From: Raillietiella orientalis
Taxonomy: Eukaryota
Reading direction: 5' to 3'
DNA: 64,000 nucleotides
Assembly: GCA_036172245.1 (NCBI GenBank)
Contig: JAYWIR010000014.1
Location: 2,418,001 to 2,482,000 of the forward strand
The notes beneath the pieces are model-generated. The model did not search any database, was not told the DNA's origin, and worked only from the letters and a program-made list of their open reading frames with translations. How positions within the stretch are numbered: position 1 is the first letter of the stretch; the number at the start of each line of letters is the position of its first letter. Positions 63,651-64,000 of the stretch are shown piece after piece. The translations under genes were made by a program, and so were the position numbers.

Positions 63651-64000
63651 ACACCTAATTGGTCGGCCATTTAGTAGTAGTAATCACAATACGTATCAAC
63701 ATTGCCACAAAATAAGTAGGCTCGACTTGCTTGGCACTCAAGTTTCCAAGATTCTCCTTTGATTGCTCCTGTCGCGCCATCCTTCAGGAAAAGGTTTTTC
63801 GGCAGCGAAACGAGCCGTTGGAGACGGTTGCCTACTGCCTTTCAGGCTGTGGGCGACATTAAATTTTCCGAATGACTGCAGCGAAACGGTTCTTTCTCAC
63901 TTTTAATTGTCATTAGGAGCATTCCGGCAGAACATGCCGAGTCCATGCGAAAAATGGCCGACCCTTCAGCAGTCGAACTGCCATTTAGGATTCCGACGCG

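Noticed and set aside
63673..63681. AGTAGTAGT as a Polinton terminus
   Set aside because: No matching inverted partner or TSD could be identified in the window.
1..64000. CRISPR arrays, rRNA, intact tRNA, bacterial operons
   Set aside because: No regularly spaced repeats or RNA gene signatures were seen. Spliceosomal introns and microsatellites indicate eukaryotic DNA.

Overview
Eukaryotic (probably invertebrate animal) genomic DNA, not prokaryotic. The only intact protein-coding gene I can support is a 4-exon cyclin Q (FAM58/CCNQ-like) gene on the minus strand (33149-34809, 261 aa, two mini-introns of 43 and 46 nt). Most of the rest appears to be decayed mobile DNA. (i) There are about eight L1/Tx1-type non-LTR retrotransposon fragments, mostly at 1-18.6 kb. 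One is a clean nested 5'-truncated insertion with an 11-bp TSD. (ii) Read across frameshifts, there are remnants of probably four Polinton/Maverick (adintovirus-like) genomes: A 22.3-32.1 kb, B ~51-64 kb, C 2.9-8.3 kb (perhaps continuing at 20.9-21.5 kb) and D ~36-45 kb. A and B each appear to retain traces of the full core set (protein-primed PolB, packaging ATPase, cysteine protease, rve integrase, minor capsid, major capsid), and A, B and C each seem to carry two tandem major-capsid-like genes. All Polinton assignments are by-eye motif matches to remembered family consensus in heavily mutated sequence. No search was run, boundaries are approximate, and the capsid calls are the weakest. Most ORFs in the supplied track are chance ORFs.
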